Origin: Trueperaceae bacterium
Lineage (GTDB): Bacteria > Deinococcota > Deinococci > Deinococcales > Trueperaceae
DNA: 64,000 bases
NCBI GenBank assembly: GCA_965215565.1
Contig: CBDCDZ010000004.1
Span: 4,160,001 to 4,224,000 of the forward strand
Direction of reading: 5' to 3'
Shown here one piece after another: positions 20,714 through 29,365 of this stretch (the stretch's first letter is position 1; the number at the start of each line of letters is the position of its first letter). The notes under the pieces were generated by a model that was not told where the DNA came from, did not search any database, and saw only the letters and a list, made by a program, of their open reading frames with translations. Both the position numbers and the translations under genes were made by a program.

Positions 20714-22411
20714 TCAAGTATTGAAAGGGGCTTTCCAAACTGTCGTAGCTAAATCGGCTAATTTTTCTTGTCGTTTTTTAAGCGTTAGTGGTGTCCACTC
20801 GTTATATATACTTCTCTCACTCGTTAGCTTGTAAACGCTTTCTCTGTAAATAGGAAGCTTCTGCTCATAAGGCTTGTTGGCACACACCTTATTTTTCTGC
20901 GGTTCAAGTAAGGTTAGGTTGCCTATTCTTTGCGTCGCTTTATCTTGCTCTTCCGGTGAAAAGAAAACGCCCCAGGCTTCCGAAGCATTTTCAGGTAATA
21001 TGTGCTCTATTGTAGCTTTCATGTTGTCACTGTAATCATACGCCGTAGAAGCCAGTTGGTTTTCAAGCTCAAAGAGAATATAGCGTATTAAATTATTGTT
21101 ACGCTGGAGTGTTTTTAGAGCAAAGTTAGCTTTGAACCGCTCGTCATCTATGTAGATAGATTTTAGCTCTGTAAAAATATTGCTAGCATTTGCTAAACGT
21201 CCCGAAGTCACCTTGACGGCTGCTCTATGGTAAACATCCTCGAGAAGGTTGGGGTTCAGTCCGCTAATGACATTGTAGCGAAAAGAGATAGCAACGCAGA
21301 GCCTTAACAACTTAGTAAACTCTTGAGAGTCGAGCTTTCGGTAGGCGGCGAGGAGAAGAGGATAGCACTGCCTAACTCTAAAAAGGTCAAGTGCATCTAT
21401 CCACTTGACCTGCTCTTTCTCCCAAAGGTCATCAGCAGGTTTCGATAGCGCGACAAATACTTCAACGAGGTCTTCTAAATCTTCTAGGAGACTAAAGACG
21501 CTCTCTCTAGTCGTGATAGTTGATTTTATTGCCTTAAACAGTGTTTGCTTGCGCTGAAAAGAATATTTTGAATTCCAGTAATAGCGTAGAAAAGAAGGAA
21601 AGTCCTTATTGCTCAAACTGTCGTTGATGCTCTGCCACTGTCTTTCCGCCTCTTCAAGGTCCGCCTCACCTCCTCTAGCAGCAACGGAGAAGAGGAAATT
21701 TTTAAGTAGGTCTGTCGTTGAGAGACGCACGCCTCGAGCGTTGAGCGTCTCAAAAACCTTATAAGCATTGAGGTCATCTGCCACTGTTATTGTTGTAAAA
21801 ACTAGTTTATCGGCTACCGTCTTCTCTAGGAACTCTGTAAGCATAGCGCCATCTCGTTCATCCTCGAACCGCTCTTTAAGTCGCTCGTAAAGATATTCGA
21901 GAGCTTCCCAAAGTAGCCTTTGAGACGGTTTCAATTTGCGTCTATTCGTGGGAGGACGCAAACGCAGTAAGCGACTTTGATAAAAGTCATCATTGTTGCG
22001 ATTCAGAAAAAGCTTGCTTCTCAACATTAGTGAAGAGACATCTGTTTGACTGATAAACCTGCTCGTTAAGAGTTCTTGACGTTGCTGATTCTGATCTGAC
22101 GAAATTCCTTCATCTGCCCAATCTCCTAATAGCTTGATGACAGCAAGTACTAAAATACTGAGTGTTGTGATTCGCTGCTGCCCATCAATAATAATGAAAT
22201 TGCGGTTGTCATCGCTCTGCAAAACTACGTAGCCCATGTAGTGAAAGGTTTCTTCTCCCCTGGAGACCTCTAAAATATCCAGCCACAGGTCTTCCCACTG
22301 TTCCTCTGCCCATGAGTAATCACGCTGATAAGGAGGAACCCTAAAAACCCGCCCATTACTTATGAGATCATTGAAAGTGGCTGTGCCTGTAGGTAAAAGA
22401 ACCGTTGCCAT
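20714..22411 (-). CDS. DUF262-DUF1524 (GmrSD-like) protein, putative modification-dependent restriction/defence nuclease
   Basis: PPYQRDYSW, IDGQQRITT, FETLNARG; C-terminal HNH-like EHILP...IGNLTLL...N; AT-rich. Confidence 0.9.
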   Translation of the reverse strand: MATVLLPTGTATFNDLISNGRVFRVPPYQRDYSWAEEQWEDLWLDILEVSRGEETFHYMGYVVLQSDDNRNFIIIDGQQRITTLSILVLAVIKLLGDWADEGISSDQNQQRQELLTSRFISQTDVSSLMLRSKLFLNRNNDDFYQSRLLRLRPPTNRRKLKPSQRLLWEALEYLYERLKERFEDERDGAMLTEFLEKTVADKLVFTTITVADDLNAYKVFETLNARGVRLSTTDLLKNFLFSVAARGGEADLEEAERQWQSINDSLSNKDFPSFLRYYWNSKYSFQRKQTLFKAIKSTITTRESVFSLLEDLEDLVEVFVALSKPADDLWEKEQVKWIDALDLFRVRQCYPLLLAAYRKLDSQEFTKLLRLCVAISFRYNVISGLNPNLLEDVYHRAAVKVTSGRLANASNIFTELKSIYIDDERFKANFALKTLQRNNNLIRYILFELENQLASTAYDYSDNMKATIEHILPENASEAWGVFFSPEEQDKATQRIGNLTLLEPQKNKVCANKPYEQKLPIYRESVYKLTSERSIYNEWTPLTLKKRQEKLADLATTVWKAPFNT

Positions 22412-22518
22412 CTATATGTTGATTCTACAAAAGTATTGTGTATTCTGTCTGCAAGTCAGCGTCATACGCTTTTGGTAGATGCTCGAGCATCGTTTCCTCA
22501 CCTCTTTACTTCCGAGCG

Positions 22519-22644
22519 TTGGCTCGAGCCGTGATACCGCAACGCCACGATATGCAGCTCAGTTAGATTTTCTCTTTTCAAAGTCTCGAGTCGCTTCTAA
22601 GAGGCGTTCGGCGTTGGCGGGGCTGCGCAGCAAATGGTATGTCT
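22519..22644 (-). pseudogene. yefM 3' relic fused to yoeB tail (repeat R3)
   Basis: TYHLLRSPANAERLLEATRDFEKRKSN* followed directly by ELHIVALRYHGSS; about 110 bp nearly identical to 23699-23810. Confidence 0.88.
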
Positions 22645-22649
22645 AAAGT

Positions 22650-22931
22650 GTGCCGTTCGAACTGACGATTGCGCCAAGTATCGAAGAGAAGATTTGGACG
22701 AAGCACCGCGTTTTACCTGACGAGGTTCGCGAAACGCTAGACGACCCTACCCTGCGGCGCTTTCTCGTTAAGCGCAACCGTAAAGCGAGGGAGATAACCT
22801 ACCTGTATGTAGGATTGACCTATACGGATAGGCTCTTGAGGTCTATCATCATCCACAAGCCGGACGGGTCAGCCTACCTAAAGACCTCACTTGATGCGTT
22901 CAAGCAAGACCGAATCGGCTATAATAGGTAA
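22650..22931 (+). CDS. BrnT-like toxin
   Basis: KI..KH.V...EV.E and Y...G.T...RLL pattern; 93 aa, upstream of a small acidic ORF. Confidence 0.65.
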   Translation: MPFELTIAPSIEEKIWTKHRVLPDEVRETLDDPTLRRFLVKRNRKAREITYLYVGLTYTDRLLRSIIIHKPDGSAYLKTSLDAFKQDRIGYNR

Positions 22932-22933
22932 AG

Positions 22934-23116
22934 ATGAGTGACGTTCTAAATCGCCGCGATACTGAGCACAGAGTCATCACCGACCCCGAGGACTTGCCCA
23001 ACTTCGACCTCATGTCGGATGATGAGGTTATGGCATGGTGGGAGCGTCATGAGGTCAGCGCGGAGATTCTAGCCTCTTTGGAAGACACGGGCGAAGAGAT
23101 AGACTTCGACTTTTAG
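22934..23116 (+). CDS. BrnA/CopG-type antitoxin-like small protein
   Basis: LPNF..MSDDE..AWWERHE motif; 2 nt after the toxin stop. Confidence 0.6.
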   Translation: MSDVLNRRDTEHRVITDPEDLPNFDLMSDDEVMAWWERHEVSAEILASLEDTGEEIDFDF

Positions 23117-23166
23117 GGCGAATAGGGCTGAAAACTTTTGAAGTGTGGGCTCGAGCCAGGTTTGAG

Positions 23167-23199
23167 GGTTAGCTCGAGCCTCAATACCGCAACGCCACC
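23167..23199 (-). repeat. yoeB-tail repeat R4
   Basis: GGTTAGCTCGAGCCTCAATACCGCAACGCCAC. Confidence 0.85.
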
Positions 23200-23208
23200 G
23201 TATGAGAC

Positions 23209-23460
23209 TCAACTTATCAGCCTGTCATACTCAGCGTGGCTACCAATCCAGACCCAGATGAAATCGTCGCCGTCTTTCACGGCTAAAGCTCGGTAGCTGA
23301 GACCAACGCGCACCGACCAATAACCACCCACTTCCTTGAAATGCAGCGACGGATGCCTAGGGTTCTCTTTAAGCAGCTCGAAGTTCTTACGGGCAAGTCT
23401 TTGAACGTTTTCACTCAGCGCATCAAAACGCTTCCAAAACTGCGGCGTAGTGCGGTGCAC
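23209..23460 (-). CDS. RelE/ParE-like toxin
   Basis: FW..F..L, NPRHPSLHFK.V, SVRVG..YRALA, WIGSHAEYD. Confidence 0.88.
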   Translation of the reverse strand: MHRTTPQFWKRFDALSENVQRLARKNFELLKENPRHPSLHFKEVGGYWSVRVGLSYRALAVKDGDDFIWVWIGSHAEYDRLIS

Positions 23461-23661
23461 CTACAAGTCCCGCAGTTCACCCTTGGCTTTAGCCGCCTTC
23501 GCCTCTTCCCGCAGAAACTCGAGTTTGCCCGCCGCCGCATCCTTCTCTATCTGCTCATCCCACTGTCGCCAATCTCTTTCGGCGAACCATTCGCGCAGAT
23601 GGATAAAGTCTTCGGCTGGTAAGGCTTCAATTTCGGCTTTGAGATGATCAACTTGAGACAT
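23461..23661 (-). CDS. Antitoxin of the RelE-like pair
   Basis: I..LP......LREWF...DW..WD.QIE.D...GKL pattern; TATAAT 5 nt upstream of ATG. Confidence 0.82.
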   Translation of the reverse strand: MSQVDHLKAEIEALPAEDFIHLREWFAERDWRQWDEQIEKDAAAGKLEFLREEAKAAKAKGELRDL

Positions 23662-23698
23662 AGGTGATTATACGCGAAGTTAGAGAAGAGGTCAGGTT

Positions 23699-23972
23699 TT
23701 AGCTCGAGCCTCAATACCGCAACGCCACGACATGCAGCTCAGTTAGATTTTCTCTTTTCAAAGTCTCGAGTCGCTTCTAAGAGGCGTTCGGCGTTAGCGG
23801 GGCTACGCAGTAAGACCATTGTCTCCTGCCGAGCGTTCCAATCGTCCAAGCTCATCATGACCACAGCCTTGTCGCTGCCTTTGGTGATGATGAGGGGGTG
23901 TGGTCGTCCACAACCTCATCTACTGCGTTGGCTAGGTTCTTGCGGGCTGTGGTGTAACCGAGGATTTTCGTA
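23699..23972 (-). pseudogene. yefM: yefM pseudogene fused to yoeB tail (repeat R5)
   Basis: ACG start, KILGYTTARKNLANAVDEVVDDHTP/frameshift/LIITKGSDKAVVMMSLDDWNARQETMVLLRSPANAERLL...KSN*, then ELHVVALRY. Confidence 0.88.
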
Positions 23973-23975
23973 GAA

Positions 23976-25394
23976 TTAACTGCTTTTCACCTTTTTAGTC
24001 GAAGGAAGCTTCGGAAACTCAACAACCTGCCCTGCCCCCGTCTTAATTGCTCCTCGACACTGCTTCGCGAAATCCTTATCGTCATTCTCTTTCAAATACT
24101 TAGCTGGACCGAACAAGTCGATAGTGCGGATCAAAGCAATTTTAGAACGCTGTGCCCCGCTCAAACACTTTGTCGTGAAAAATTCTTTCCTCGTATTTGG
24201 TTTATCGAAGCGATAGGCGTTGCCGAAAAGAACGCCGTTTGCGTACTCGTCAACTTCTTCTCTTGCAAAATCCTCCTGTAATTCTCTCTCAAGTTGGCTC
24301 AACTTATCTATATTGATAGCTTTGTTATCCCTTCCTTCAGCTTCACCTATGAATCTACCTTCCTCACTTACAAATACTGCATCGAACTCGGACTCATCGT
24401 TTTGATAATTCTCAGCCTCAAAACCAAAGAGCTTCAGCGCTTCGATAATGGCTGACTCTAGCGGTTTTCCTTTTTCGAACAGTACATCACGAAGAGAACC
24501 CTCTTTTCGAAGTTCTTCTTGAAGGATAGTACGCTCAGTATTTAGATTTTCAATTTTATTCGTTATGTTTATTATCTCTTCTTGAAGAGCCACTTCACTC
24601 TCGAGATTGAACTTGGAGTCTTGAGTCCAATCTGGTGGCGGAGTGACCTCACTTCTCGTTTTCAACGCTTTATCTACTTGTACAAGGGCTGTAACTAATC
24701 TTTTAGTAAATGCTTTACCCTTCTCATTCTCAATGTACTCATCTGTTTCTTCGTCGTAGTCGGATAGCTCTTCAATATCGTAGTCAAGTGAAGGCAACAG
24801 CACTAAGTGCCCTTTACCTACTGACAATATAGAACCTACAGTTTTGCCACCAGATTTAGTTGCAAGAATAGGAAGTCCAACTGGTTTATCTAAATATGCT
24901 TTGTATTCGGAATGCTCGCCGAAATCTTTCCAGTAAGTTGTGAGCGGTCCCAACTCTGCTAATGCCTTAATCTTCTCTCCACTACGAGAGATGAGATGAT
25001 CAAGCTTAATAGGTAGAATCTCGTAATTATTGTGGGGCTCAACATGCTGAGTTGTCACTCTGTTTTTTCCCGTTCCAGAGAATGATTTATTCCCTGTATA
25101 TGCGTAAAACGTATTCCTAGCTCCTAAGAAGAAAAAAACTGTTTTACCCCCTTCTAATGCGTTCTTTATCTCTATACGCCAGTGCGATAGAGCTTCAACG
25201 GTTCGAAAAGATAAAGATTGACTTAGGAGGGGTTTACCGCCGTATTGCTCGCTTGAATAAAGTATAAGGTCTATTTCTGGACTAGCTAGGATAATGTCAG
25301 CGTCCAAAAGAGATCGACTAGAGAAAAAGCCAATTTGCTCGTCTCCATCCGAAAGAATTTCTACGTTAAGCGAGAAAATGGCTCGTTTTGCCAT
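23976..25394 (-). CDS. AT-rich hypothetical protein with a coiled coil and a C-terminal PD-(D/E)XK-like nuclease fold
   Basis: LE.AI..AL..FGF...EFDAVF...FIGEAEG..QL pattern; low GC. Confidence 0.55.
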   Translation of the reverse strand: MAKRAIFSLNVEILSDGDEQIGFFSSRSLLDADIILASPEIDLILYSSEQYGGKPLLSQSLSFRTVEALSHWRIEIKNALEGGKTVFFFLGARNTFYAYTGNKSFSGTGKNRVTTQHVEPHNNYEILPIKLDHLISRSGEKIKALAELGPLTTYWKDFGEHSEYKAYLDKPVGLPILATKSGGKTVGSILSVGKGHLVLLPSLDYDIEELSDYDEETDEYIENEKGKAFTKRLVTALVQVDKALKTRSEVTPPPDWTQDSKFNLESEVALQEEIINITNKIENLNTERTILQEELRKEGSLRDVLFEKGKPLESAIIEALKLFGFEAENYQNDESEFDAVFVSEEGRFIGEAEGRDNKAINIDKLSQLERELQEDFAREEVDEYANGVLFGNAYRFDKPNTRKEFFTTKCLSGAQRSKIALIRTIDLFGPAKYLKENDDKDFAKQCRGAIKTGAGQVVEFPKLPSTKKVKSS

Positions 25395-25459
25395 TCCATA
25401 ACCCCCTTATAAACATCAGGTGTTAGATGGCGCTACACATAAAGCAACGCACCTCTACT

Positions 25460-27322
25460 TCACCCCAATACATCCAACGCCTCCTCATCCCCCACCTCCT
25501 CCAACACCTCTTTCCGCCGCGTCGCCCACGCCGGAAAAGGAAAACTCAGCATCAAGGGGCTCGGCACGTCGGGCTGGTGCACCACCATCGTACCGGGGGC
25601 GAGGATGGTGGCGCGGGAGCGGAAGGTGGCGGGCATGAAGCGGTATTCACTGCGTTCGGACTCGGCGGCGTCTAAGCGTCCGACGATGCGCACGGCGGCG
25701 TTGGCGACGATGCGGCGCTCCACTTCGGAGGCGGTCTGCTGCGCCCCGATGAGGACGATGCCCATGCTGCGCCCGCGCTCAGCGATGTCTAGGAGCACGT
25801 CTTTGATGGGGCTGTCCCCCTCGGCGGGCGCGTACTTGTTCAGCTCGTCTAAGACGACAAAGACTTGACCCTTGCTATTGCGCGACTCCTGCACGCCGAA
25901 GACCTGTTTTAAGAGGACGCCGACAACGAACATCTGCGCTAAGGGCGCGAGGTTGTGGATGTCCACGACGTGAACTTGTTTTTCACTGTTCAAGATGTCG
26001 AGGCGGCTGCGGCTGACCTCTTTTTGGGACAAGTCGCCGCGAATGAGGTGGCGCAGGTGCTTAGACGCGCCGCGCAGACGGCGGATGAAGGCTTCGCGGG
26101 TGGCTTTGGCTTGGTTGGCGGTCCAGGCACGGTTGCCGCCTTTGCTGCTCTCTTCGTCTTCGGCTCCCTCGAGCAGCAGCTTGTACTCGATGTAGTCCAC
26201 CAGCTCTAAAAAGGTCGTGAGGCGCGGCTTATGCGAAGAGGTCATGAAGTCTTCTGCGCCGAGCGCGTCCGTTTCGCTGATGCGTCCGACTTGTTCTTGA
26301 CCGGGGCGGTAGCCGGTGTCTTCGTCGGCGACCTCGAGGTAAGGTCCGCGCTGCTTTTCGGCGAGCTTGGCGAGCTTTTCCTCCAAGTGGCTGACCAAAA
26401 AGCCCAAGTTCGTCATCGCGTCGCGGTCGGTCAGGACGAAAGGCAGCATCCGCTCGGCGGCGAAGTCGCGCAGGGTCCAGAGGTACGGCGAGACGCCCTC
26501 GCGGGTCTCCACATCGGCGCGAAGGGTGCTTCCCTCTCGAGCAGGTGCGTGCAGGGCGACGCTCGGAAACGGACCTACCGGCAAATCACAGATTTGAAAA
26601 CGGGTCTCCGCGCTCTTGCGCTTCTCCTGCCACTTTCGCTCGGTCTCGACGAAGTCCTTGTTCTCCTTGTCCAAAAAGAGCAGGTCTTCGCCCTTGACGT
26701 TGAAGATGATGGCTTTGGTGGCGTTCGGGTTGGTGAGGAGGCTGCCGCCCCGCTCGCGGTGCTGGGCGTTGAAGATGCTGTAGAGCAGAAAGAGCGCGTA
26801 AGAGGTCTTCGTGGCGATGCCCGAGATACCCGAGATGTTGATGTGTGCGCCCTTTTGCCCGCTGATGAAGTCGTAGTTGAGGTAGCCGGGCTCGCCGTTG
26901 CGCAGGACGCCTGCGGGGAGGGGCGCGTCCATATTGTCGAGGTAGAGGGCTTTTTCTAACGCCGTATCCGTCGCCATGTAGACCAAATCGCCAGGACCGG
27001 GCGGGATGAAGTCTTCGGGTTCGACCCTGGTCACCAAGATGTGCGCGGCATATGCGATATTCGCGGGCATCAACCCTTGCGTCACGAGCGCCGTGTCCCC
27101 GTCGAACTGCACGCCTTCAAAGCGGCGGCGCACCTCGTCCACGACACCGTAAAAGGTCACGGCTTCGTCCTCGTCCGAGGGGTCTTGCACCTTGACGGTC
27201 AAGATGTCGTCGAGCTGGATTTTGACGCCGTCCTCGACGGCGATCCAGAATTGGAGAGGTGTCGCATCTTCAGTTCCGAGTACCATTCCAATGGGAGTTT
27301 CGCTGTTCAATTTAGAGGTCAT
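25460..27322 (-). CDS. herA: HerA-family ATPase/helicase
   Basis: HAS barrel N-terminus; HINISGISGIATKT Walker A; VVLDELNKYAP; AERGRS.G; GAQQ. Confidence 0.88.
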   Translation of the reverse strand: MTSKLNSETPIGMVLGTEDATPLQFWIAVEDGVKIQLDDILTVKVQDPSDEDEAVTFYGVVDEVRRRFEGVQFDGDTALVTQGLMPANIAYAAHILVTRVEPEDFIPPGPGDLVYMATDTALEKALYLDNMDAPLPAGVLRNGEPGYLNYDFISGQKGAHINISGISGIATKTSYALFLLYSIFNAQHRERGGSLLTNPNATKAIIFNVKGEDLLFLDKENKDFVETERKWQEKRKSAETRFQICDLPVGPFPSVALHAPAREGSTLRADVETREGVSPYLWTLRDFAAERMLPFVLTDRDAMTNLGFLVSHLEEKLAKLAEKQRGPYLEVADEDTGYRPGQEQVGRISETDALGAEDFMTSSHKPRLTTFLELVDYIEYKLLLEGAEDEESSKGGNRAWTANQAKATREAFIRRLRGASKHLRHLIRGDLSQKEVSRSRLDILNSEKQVHVVDIHNLAPLAQMFVVGVLLKQVFGVQESRNSKGQVFVVLDELNKYAPAEGDSPIKDVLLDIAERGRSMGIVLIGAQQTASEVERRIVANAAVRIVGRLDAAESERSEYRFMPATFRSRATILAPGTMVVHQPDVPSPLMLSFPFPAWATRRKEVLEEVGDEEALDVLG

Positions 27323-27350
27323 GCGGTCTCCAGAAGATTGCAATAGACTA

Positions 27351-27455
27351 TGTCATTCTGAGCGGAACGTAGTGGAGCGTAAGAATCTCTGCATTTGCCT
27401 TCTCCTCTGTGAGAGATTACAAGACGAGACCCTTACGCATTCGCTCAGGGTGACA
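27351..27455. repeat. REP-like palindromic element between nurA and herA
   Basis: TGTCATTCTGAGCG...AGAATCTC / GAGACCCT...CGCTCAGGGTGACA inverted ends. Confidence 0.75.
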
Positions 27456-27481
27456 AATAATTACGTTGACTAACAGTATAT

Positions 27482-28510
27482 TCATTGCTGTTGACTGATG
27501 TACTGCGCAATCCTCCTACGAATAATCTGCGCATTCCCCATCCTCCGCCCGAGTTCAGCCTCGAGCGCCCTTACAGGAAGTAGCTGCTGCGGCGCACGCG
27601 GGTCTTGGTGTTGGCGGGTGGCGAAGCGGGGCAAGAGGGTGCTGAGCCAGTCGGCGAGGTGGCAGACGCGCTCTAGGGTTTCTTCGGGGCGTGAGCCTGC
27701 ATAGGCTTGGAGGCGCACCACACCTGCGAACGAGTAGAGCCAGGGGCGCGGGTCGCGGAGGCGCAGAAACCACTCGAAGACCTTTTGGCTCTTGTCACCA
27801 TCGCTGACAACGTAGAGAGGTGAACGTTGTCCCTCTTCCAAATTGCGGACGACCTCGAGATGCTCGTTCTCCAGCGGCAGCGTGTGGTGCGTTTTGATGT
27901 AGCCCACCACATTCGGCACGTTGCCGATGCGCGGTCTTGGTCCGTCCGTGAGGATAAGCCCATTAGGAAAGCAGTCGGTGAGGCTCGAGGCTAACCCCCG
28001 CTCCGCGTTCAACATCTCGAACTGGATACGTCGCACCACCGCGTCCGCGTCGCGTTCTTCGGTGGAAACGATGGTGTAGTTAAGCTGCCCGAGCTGACCT
28101 TTGAGCGCTGAAACCACATCAAAGCTCGCCAAGTTGTGCCCACCACTCAGCGTGCAAATACGCCGCACGCCGCGCACATTGACCTCTCGCTCCAAATCCA
28201 CGAAACATGCTTTACGCGAACCTTTCGAGCAACAACTCACCACACCGATGCCGAAGGTTCCGATGGCTCCAAAGGCGACCTGTTTGCGTTCGTCCTCCAA
28301 GAGAACTCTCGCCTCCACCCGGCGGCTCCCGTCCGTGAAGAAGAGGTCTCCGTAGAGGCTTTCAGAGGATTTCGGCGAGACCGGACGCCACGTGTCCACT
28401 TCGACATGGGGGTCTACATGCGTCGTCTCGTCGGGCGTCATTTCTTCGGCGAAATACGCGGTGTTGTATTCGGCGGCCCAGGGATCGAGTCTTAGTTGCA
28501 TCTTCGGCAC
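27482..28510 (-). CDS. nurA: NurA-family nuclease
   Basis: RLDPW, FTDGSRR, TDGP, GYIKTH, DPRAPQ.L.PV..LE; upstream of herA. Confidence 0.85.
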   Translation of the reverse strand: MPKMQLRLDPWAAEYNTAYFAEEMTPDETTHVDPHVEVDTWRPVSPKSSESLYGDLFFTDGSRRVEARVLLEDERKQVAFGAIGTFGIGVVSCCSKGSRKACFVDLEREVNVRGVRRICTLSGGHNLASFDVVSALKGQLGQLNYTIVSTEERDADAVVRRIQFEMLNAERGLASSLTDCFPNGLILTDGPRPRIGNVPNVVGYIKTHHTLPLENEHLEVVRNLEEGQRSPLYVVSDGDKSQKVFEWFLRLRDPRPWLYSFAGVVRLQAYAGSRPEETLERVCHLADWLSTLLPRFATRQHQDPRAPQQLLPVRALEAELGRRMGNAQIIRRRIAQYISQQQ

Positions 28511-28667
28511 AGCATAACCCGTGAACGTGCAGAGGTAGAAGAGAGGTATCTGACCTCACACCATTCCCTTCGGATGCTCTTCCCGAGCGAACTGCGCTAA
28601 GCACCTCTTTTTACGGAGAGCCCTGGCGTTAGGCTAGAGTTATCTATTCTCTCAGGAGGCGTAAATT

Positions 28668-28994
28668 ATGGCGATGGAAACCTTGCAGACTAAAGATGAC
28701 TTGGAGAAGATGCTGGCGCGTTCGGAAGAGGAGACCGTCGTGCTCTATAAGCACAGCGCGACGTGCCCGGTCAGCGCCCGCGCTCAGGAGCAAGTCGTCC
28801 CGCTTAAACATGAGATGAGCGTCTACTCAGTTGTGGTGCAGTACGCCCGCGACGTGTCCGAGGCGGCGGCGGAGGCGTTGGGTGTCACGCATCACACGCC
28901 ACAAGCCATCATCGTTCGTAACCGCGAGGCGCAGAAACACTACTCGCACGAGGGTATTACGACTGAGGTTGTGCGCGAGGCGGCGACGGGCTGA
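28668..28994 (+). CDS. ytxJ: Bacillithiol-system redox protein YtxJ-like
   Basis: KHSATCPVS, R.VS...A..LGV.H.TPQ, SH. Confidence 0.85.
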   Translation: MAMETLQTKDDLEKMLARSEEETVVLYKHSATCPVSARAQEQVVPLKHEMSVYSVVVQYARDVSEAAAEALGVTHHTPQAIIVRNREAQKHYSHEGITTEVVREAATG

Positions 28995-29365
28995 GGGTTA
29001 GGAGGGCCTTTCGCCTCCTCCTCGCACTTGCTTTCATTCTGGCGGGGGCGAACCATTTCGTCAGCCCTGAGCTTTACCTCAGCATCGTATCGCCCTACTT
29101 GAGCGCACCTCTTGTGCTCGTCTATCTGAGTGGATTTTTCGAGGTACTAGGCGGCGTCGGCGTGCTCGTACCGCGTTTCAGAAAGGCGGCGGGCTGGGGG
29201 CTTATCGCGCTCCTCGTCGCGGTATTTCCAGCGAACCTCTACATGATCACAGCGAGCGAGCAGTTCACGCAACAGGGCGTTCCGCTCTGGGCGCTCTACC
29301 TGCGGCTTCCTCTTCAACTCGTCCTCATCGCTTGGGTCTATTGGGTCACGCAGGCTGACACTTAA
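28991..29365 (+). CDS. DoxX-like membrane protein
   Basis: AG.NHF..P, SG.FE..GG, VFPAN, LRLPLQ; frame is open back to CTG 28991. Confidence 0.8.
   Translation: MRVRRAFRLLLALAFILAGANHFVSPELYLSIVSPYLSAPLVLVYLSGFFEVLGGVGVLVPRFRKAAGWGLIALLVAVFPANLYMITASEQFTQQGVPLWALYLRLPLQLVLIAWVYWVTQADT

Noticed and set aside
19981..23760. Repeats interpreted as a CRISPR array or integron attC sites
   Set aside because: Spacing is 0.5-2 kb with no cas genes. There is no properly spaced RYYYAAC...GTTRRRY hairpin and no intI. The repeats translate as YoeB/YefM.
27461..27480. Possible RDRM/DdrO box upstream of herA
   Set aside because: Only one half-site (TTACGT) matches; the palindrome spacing fails.
25460..28510. 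nurA-herA as a Sir2-HerA/DUF4297-HerA defence system
   Set aside because: The partner is NurA-like, and the pair matches the housekeeping Deinococcus-Thermus repair module.
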